Assembly (NCBI RefSeq): GCF_001194135.2
Contig: NC_068982.1
Location: 7,895,851-7,959,850, forward strand
DNA: 64,000 nucleotides
DNA from: Octopus bimaculoides
Lineage: Eukaryota
Direction: 5' to 3'
Both the position numbers and the translations under genes were made by a program. Position 1 is the first letter of the stretch; each line of letters begins with the position of its first letter. Below are positions 61,401 to 64,000 of the stretch, in pieces. The notes beneath the pieces were generated by a model. That model did no database searches. It saw only the letters and a program-made list of their open reading frames with translations, and was not told the origin of the DNA.

Positions 61401-63534
61401 TTTGAATCAAGGTTCTAAGGCCGCAAAAGATGCTTGCGACATTTGTGTTGTGTATGGAGAGGGTGCCATGGCTGAAAGAACCGCTCGTGATTGGTATGCC
61501 AAGTTCAAAAGTGGAAATTTTGACCCCAAAGACGCACCGCGTTCCGGCTGTCCAGTTGAGTTCGATGAAGAGTGATTAAACCAACTTTTGCACAATAATT
61601 CTCGTCAAACGACAAGGAAACTGGCAGAGAAAATGGAATGCTCCCACACTACTTTAGAGAAGCATCTTCACTCGATGGGAAAGGTTCAGAAGTATGGAGC
61701 ATGGGTTCTGAATGCTTTAAGTGACAAGAACAAAAATCAACAAGCTACAATCTCTGCTGGTTTGCTTGCTCGTCACGGCTCAACTCATGGACACAAGCAA
61801 TGATTTCTTTACTGAATCATTACTAGCGATGAAAAATGGTGCCTGTACATTAATATGAAGTAATGTAAGAAATGGCTTAGACCCGGTAAACAAGCAATAC
61901 CATGCATGAAACAAGATCTTCATCCACATAAAGCGATGTTGTGCGTATGGTGGGACTGGGAAGGGATTATCTATTACAAATTGCTTGAACGGAACCAAAC
62001 GGTCAACATGGAACTCTATGTCCAACAGATGGAATGACTCAACATGGCTATTCAAAAGAAAAGACCTAATTGGCAGCATGGAGTTCTTCTGCTGCACGAC
62101 AACGCCCACCCTCATATCGCCAATATGACCAAGGAAGCCATTCAAACGCATGGCAGGGAAGTGCTGCCACACTCGCCATACTCTCTGATTTTGCACCAAT
62201 GAATTTCCACCTCTTTCGATCTCTTTCAAATGCTATGTGCAGAATTTCGTTCAATACTGATGCAGAATTGAGAGCTTGGTTGGATCAATTTTTCGAGTCG
62301 AAATAGGGTGATTTCACCAACGAGGTATTGAAAATCTTGTTGAATGCTGGGAAGAAGTTGTAAAAAACAAGGGTGAATACATTAATAGATTAATTAGTTG
62401 TTATTTTTTATTAAACCTTTTAAAAAATTTAAATTTAGAAAAACAGTGGGAACTTAGTTGCTAACTCAATATATTAGGATTTGGTCTGAATGACATCCCC
62501 CATTTATCTCTATATGCTATTTAGAAATGGCATGACAGAAATAATTGTATTTCTTGAACTTCCTTCCCTTCTTTCTTCTCCTCATCCTCAATTTCCTTGC
62601 TTGCATGACTCAGATGAAATTCATTAAAGCAGCTTTAATATGGTCAAATTCCTTGTTGTTAGCCCTCACTTATTTCAATATAAGGTAATGTCCCCTAGTT
62701 CCCTCAAACATGAACAGTACAATAAGTGGATATAATCTCATACAAGATTGAATATGAACATGACTTGTGTGATGGTACCATTCATTTACAACCACTTGTG
62801 ATATCATGAAACAAGGAAACATGAAAACATTTGCACACATCTGCATATGTATGTCCTGATCATGCAACAGGTTGTACTGGGTTACATGTGACCTGCAGTC
62901 CCTGGGAGTGACTAAACCAGTAGCCCCAGTAGGCGTGCTTGGTGAGGAAGGTGATTTATTGGACAGCCTGTGGTATGAAAAGCAGAACCTTTCAAAGGGC
63001 AGAGGAACTCAAGAGAATCAATGGCCATTCAATTATGTGTATGTATTCTGGGAAGATATGCACCTGGATGTAAAAATATTCAGGTTGGTGTCTGAGGATA
63101 AAGTAAGCCTACTGGGAATGAGGGCCCCTGGTCTTTGTCAAGGAGTCCTTATAGAAGAACCTAACTCATATATATGAAACCTGATGCTCTACTGAGCTGG
63201 ATATGCTGCACTTTGCTTGTCTCTTGGCTTCTTTGTATTGCAAGTGAGAGACATTGTGCTATCATGCAAGCCACACTCTATTTAGAACCTTTGCATGTGC
63301 ATTGCTGACACAGTATTGATTAAGTGAAATGATTTGATAAAATATGTGACTATAGAAAAAAAGAAAAAAACATACGTTCACAAGAATTAAAGTTACAATC
63401 TTTAGACTGCTGTACTTCAAGATCACAGGCTTTAGTTCCTTTTCCTTTAGACATTGAACGGGATCTTGTTGTCTGCCCATTATCACAAACTTTAGTACAT
63501 ACGCTCCATGTTGACCAGTCAGAATAAGCACAAC
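6421..63534 (-). CDS. 3' portion (14 exons, 5'-incomplete) of a large SCO-spondin/mucin-like secreted protein: TSP1-TSP1-TIL-VWC-like-TSP1-VWC-like-TSP1-TSP1-TSP1-TIL-VWC-CTCK
   Basis: Manual splicing of exons 63534-63376, 60685-60515, 56633-56387, 53236-53190, 44197-44122, 35509-35363, 31394-31345, 28935-28765, 26012-25860, 20400-20248, 20140-19935, 13246-13142, 8884-8824 and 6719-6421. All junctions are GT-AG with matching phases; the total is 2045 nt (2 + 681 codons) with no internal stop. Domain calls come from WxxW/CSxTCG, TIL and cystine-knot cysteine patterns. Orthology to SSPO is not established. Confidence 0.88.
7069..7165 (-). ncRNA. hammerhead-like fold in the last intron, sense to the host gene
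   Basis: CTGATGA 7159-7153, stem II ccgctgcag/ctgcaatgg, GAAA 7084-7081, t-ggac-g-TA, stem I imperfect. Confidence 0.5.
7415..8105 (+). mobile_element. degenerate RTE 3' fragment with shared terminal tail
   Basis: RVKGKLD.., GIETWA.., RGRPR..TWDEV similarity, then ggaagggtgttcagc...gttaaatggtgatg tail. Confidence 0.8.
8824..8884 (-). CDS. 61-nt exon, VWC C-part ([20 protein letters not shown])
   Basis: tatctag acceptor, GTAAAA donor, phase 0-1; CCPVC is the typical VWC ending. Confidence 0.88.
11367..12890 (-). mobile_element. decayed mariner, rearranged
   Basis: TIR-like caaggtgcattccagaagtttagagac versus atctctcaaaccttctggaatgcagtg with flanking TA; [19 protein letters not shown] on the minus strand. 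Confidence 0.8.
13142..13246 (-). CDS. exon, VWC domain N-part ([35 protein letters not shown])
   Basis: cttttag acceptor, GTAAGT donor, 105 nt, phase 0-0; W...C..C.C pattern. Confidence 0.9.
14097..14214 (+). ncRNA. decayed hammerhead fold (GAAA-a-AGCT-G-TA)
   Basis: CTGATGA 14100-14106, stem II ttc-tgcgattc/gaatcgtg-ctgaa, GAAA 14200-14203, stem I gct/agt. Confidence 0.5.
14340..15176. repeat. inverted repeat, about 155-bp arms around a microsatellite-rich spacer
   Basis: 14340-14494 versus 15020-15176. Confidence 0.88.
15223..16390 (+). mobile_element. 3' fragment of the second RTE subfamily (CT-rich 3'UTR, shared terminus)
   Basis: ggaaatgacaatggac...gagaagacctgccc and tgcaagtacttggtgacct shared with the reverse of 40540-41270. 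Confidence 0.65.
16445..18613 (-). mobile_element. RTE LINE copy of the same family, internally deleted, with modular 3'UTR and (GAT)n tail
   Basis: 358-aa RT ORF 17513-18589 highly similar to 1466-2569; 3'UTR modules 16611-16940; tail at 16445. Confidence 0.93.
18823..18960 (+). repeat. perfect 2 x 69-bp tandem duplication
   Basis: tgcaatattcttcac...actcagtttta repeated at 18823 and 18892. Confidence 0.95.
19935..20140 (-). CDS. exon, TIL domain (CDENEE...DCEYKC...[22 protein letters not shown])
   Basis: ttttag acceptor, GTAATT donor, 206 nt, phase 1-0. Confidence 0.9.
20248..20400 (-). CDS. exon, TSP1 repeat ([24 protein letters not shown]...CPLQEC)
   Basis: actag acceptor, GTATGT donor, 153 nt, phase 1-1. 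Confidence 0.9.
23075..25395 (+). mobile_element. RTE-1-like non-LTR retrotransposon RT fragment (different family), split by a nested insertion
   Basis: [73 protein letters not shown]. Confidence 0.92.
23486..24422 (-). mobile_element. 5'-truncated RTE LINE nested inside the RTE-1-like element
   Basis: [13 protein letters not shown]...MLHGSETW segment at 24120-24422, 3'UTR modules, (ATC)n tail at 23486. Confidence 0.9.
25860..26012 (-). CDS. exon, TSP1 repeat ([25 protein letters not shown]...CEIQPCD)
   Basis: cttag acceptor, GTAAGA donor, 153 nt, phase 1-1. Confidence 0.92.
26166..26335. repeat. palindrome with 57-bp core arms
   Basis: 26182-26238 versus 26262-26318, 3 mismatches. Confidence 0.92.
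28765..28935 (-). CDS. exon, TSP1 repeat ([41 protein letters not shown]...)
   Basis: ttttag acceptor, GTAAGC donor, 171 nt, phase 1-1; classic DG.W..W..W..CS. Confidence 0.95.
30320..31090 (+). mobile_element. internally deleted mariner (irritans-like N-terminus)
   Basis: [50 protein letters not shown]; ends approximate. Confidence 0.8.
31345..31394 (-). CDS. 50-nt exon ([17 protein letters not shown])
   Basis: ttttttcag acceptor, GTAAGT donor, phase 2-1. Confidence 0.85.
31975..32410 (-). mobile_element. tandem pair of tRNA-derived SINEs; further copy at 47752-47953, fragments near 10330-10460 and 20890-21030
   Basis: minus strand ggcgagctggcagaa...gagttcaaattccgc (A/B-box-like), body ggggtcgataaattaagtaccag. 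Confidence 0.85.
32615..34880 (+). mobile_element. Penelope-like element, decayed: RT + GIY-YIG endonuclease + 3' pLTR-like region
   Basis: [68 protein letters not shown]; many stops and frameshifts. Confidence 0.92.
34786..34847 (+). ncRNA. decayed hammerhead at the 3' end of the Penelope element
   Basis: stem I agagt/actct, core tTGATGA, (g>a)AAA, stem III cca-t-tgg, GTC site. Confidence 0.45.
35363..35509 (-). CDS. exon, C-half of TSP1 and start of a VWC-like module ([28 protein letters not shown]...DICEK)
   Basis: ttacag acceptor, GTAAGT donor, 147 nt, phase 2-2. Confidence 0.88.
35751..36690. other. largest assembly gap; others at 13521-14091, 23805-24118, 34576-34648, 40068-40194, 51895-51994, 54603-55114, 59187-59624 plus short N joins
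   Basis: runs of n; the X-rich ORFs in the track are artefacts of these. Confidence 0.99.
36691..37057 (-). mobile_element. R4/Dong-like non-LTR fragment (post-RT region) abutting a TAA microsatellite
   Basis: [26 protein letters not shown] motif; clade assignment from motif recall. Confidence 0.7.
37122..37190 (-). mobile_element. short tRNA-like SINE head ending directly in (AAT)n
   Basis: tggcatagtgg (A box), gagttcgattcc (B box); no cloverleaf acceptor stem, so not called a tRNA. Confidence 0.7.
37533..37999 (+). mobile_element. RTE 3'UTR-only insertion
   Basis: module array and conserved terminus ggttggcgttaggaagggcatccagctgtagaaact...ggacgttaaa(tga)n. Confidence 0.85.
38955..40050 (+). 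mobile_element. 5'-truncated RTE copy (RT C-terminus, modular 3'UTR, (GAT)n tail)
   Basis: [35 protein letters not shown], modules 39580-39870, tail 40030-40050. Confidence 0.9.
40290..41800 (-). mobile_element. second RTE subfamily, old; RT C-terminus plus CT-rich 3'UTR
   Basis: 41230-41800 matches the RT C-terminus ([18 protein letters not shown]); 40560-41100 is a purine-rich block resembling the reverse of 15380-16100. Confidence 0.7.
42577..43040 (+). mobile_element. tRNA-derived SINE with central microsatellite; copies at 27511-28070(-) and tail at 2766-2970(+)
   Basis: tggctgtgtggtaagtagc...gggttcagtc head; tail cccgtaacttagc...ggtgctgcagcatg...gactgagacaagtaaaag. Confidence 0.85.
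44122..44197 (-). CDS. exon, N-half of TSP1 ([24 protein letters not shown])
   Basis: ctttcag acceptor, GTAAAT donor, 76 nt, phase 1-2. Confidence 0.9.
45401..46372 (-). repeat. about 100-bp direct repeats (45401-45500, 46275-46372) carrying hammerhead remnants, flanking GT-rich low complexity
   Basis: shared aatacaggtgaagg...ccctcaagaagaatggaaaagtctttgacatttcaagcctatgctctt. Confidence 0.85.
46981..47100 (+). ncRNA. hammerhead fold with enlarged stem II loop
   Basis: tcc-CTGATGA-tggagg...cccca-GAAA-C-AGCT-G-TT-gga. Confidence 0.5.
49145..51866 (+). mobile_element. Helitron, internally deleted and decayed (Rep C-terminus + PIF1-like helicase)
   Basis: [82 protein letters not shown]; 3' end ctgg-gaatta-ccgg hairpin remnant then CTAG|T at 51863-51867; 5' end lost in a (TA)n run. 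Confidence 0.92.
52046..52360 (+). mobile_element. tRNA-derived SINE with CORE/Meta-like central domain; related head at 54541-54602 before a gap
   Basis: A box tggcttagtgg, B box gagttcgattc, then ccttgagcaagacacttt...aaaatgagta resembling the MIR CORE. Confidence 0.8.
53190..53236 (-). CDS. 47-nt exon completing the VWC-like module ([17 protein letters not shown])
   Basis: tatttcag acceptor, GTAAGT donor, phase 2-1 exactly bridging its neighbours; not visible as such in the ORF track. Confidence 0.85.
53616..54360 (-). mobile_element. degenerate RTE 3'UTR plus last RT codons
   Basis: catcattgtcgtttaacatctgctttccatgc terminus, modules, ctggctttctgggtcttctca...ctccatgaggcc. Confidence 0.8.
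56387..56633 (-). CDS. exon, TIL domain plus start of a VWC-like module ([18 protein letters not shown]...CIPGCVC...)
   Basis: ttacag acceptor, GTGAGT donor, 247 nt, phase 1-2; TIL-type cysteine spacing. Confidence 0.92.
57374..60128 (-). mobile_element. RTE LINE copy of the same family, most complete 3' half; gap 59187-59624
   Basis: RT ORF pieces 59173-60027, 58500-58988, 58092-58493; 3'UTR modules 57541-57960; (GAT)n tail. Confidence 0.95.
60515..60685 (-). CDS. exon, TSP1 repeat ([25 protein letters not shown]...)
   Basis: tttag acceptor, GTAAAA donor, 171 nt, phase 1-1. Confidence 0.92.
61176..62469 (+). mobile_element. full-length (1294 bp) mariner with decayed D,D34D-type transposase
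   Basis: TIRs ttgggttggcaactaagttc / gaacttagttgctaactcaa, TA on both sides; ATG at 61351; WVLNAL, TSDEKW, HDNAHPH, HSPYS; several stops. Confidence 0.95.
63376..63534 (-). CDS. exon, TSP1 repeat ([25 protein letters not shown]...CNFNSCE)
   Basis: ttgtag acceptor, GTATGT donor, 159 nt, phase 1-1; TSP1 W-x-x-W and R-x-R motifs. Confidence 0.9.
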
Positions 63535-63710
63535 CTACAAGTACAAGATATACAACATTTTTCTATCACAAATAAAAAATTTAACTAGAACTCTTGTGTT
63601 CAAATAATTCTTCACTTAACAATCTAGTAGAATAACTAATATTTTGCTTTTAACAGAATGCAACTAAAATCTTCATTGTTGCTACAGGTGTTTGGTTTTC
63701 ATTGTCTCTG

Positions 63711-63765
<55 letters not shown>

Positions 63766-63946
63766 ATACATAGATGATAATATATAGGAGTGATAATACA
63801 TACACATACACGTATATACGGGTGTGCGTATATACATATGAGTATGTGTAGATGTTATGTACGTGTATGTTTGTATAAGTGTATGTAAGTGTATATATAT
63901 GTGTGTGTGTATATATATATGTGTGTATGCATTATGTACAAGTCTG

Positions 63947-63996
<50 letters not shown>

Positions 63997-64000
63997 TATA

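Noticed and set aside
62870-63250. GC-richer segment with a 101-aa ORF
   Set aside because: No recognisable motif; probably an old TE remnant, but I cannot support an assignment.

Overview
Eukaryotic, AT-rich, microsatellite- and transposon-dense draft-assembly sequence with many N gaps. The repeat landscape looks molluscan, probably octopus (inference, no database check). The only host gene is on the minus strand: the last 14 coding exons of a large secreted SCO-spondin/mucin-like cysteine-rich protein (6 TSP1, 2 TIL, 3 VWC-like modules, C-terminal cystine knot). I spliced them by hand through GT-AG junctions into one open frame of 2045 nt (about 680 aa plus stop, 63534 to 6421); the 5' part lies beyond the window. 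Introns and the downstream flank hold RTE LINEs with a PHD-type zinc finger inside the RT and a modular hairpin 3'UTR, an RTE-1-like LINE, an R4/Dong fragment, a Penelope-like element, a Helitron, three mariners, tRNA-derived SINEs and several fold-back inverted repeats. The most notable unannotated signal is a recurrent set of minimal type I hammerhead ribozyme folds with palindromic stem III. There are about ten intact, decayed or partial copies in at least four sequence families, two of them in inverted pairs and one sense to the host pre-mRNA in its last intron. All RNA structures were folded by eye and are untested.
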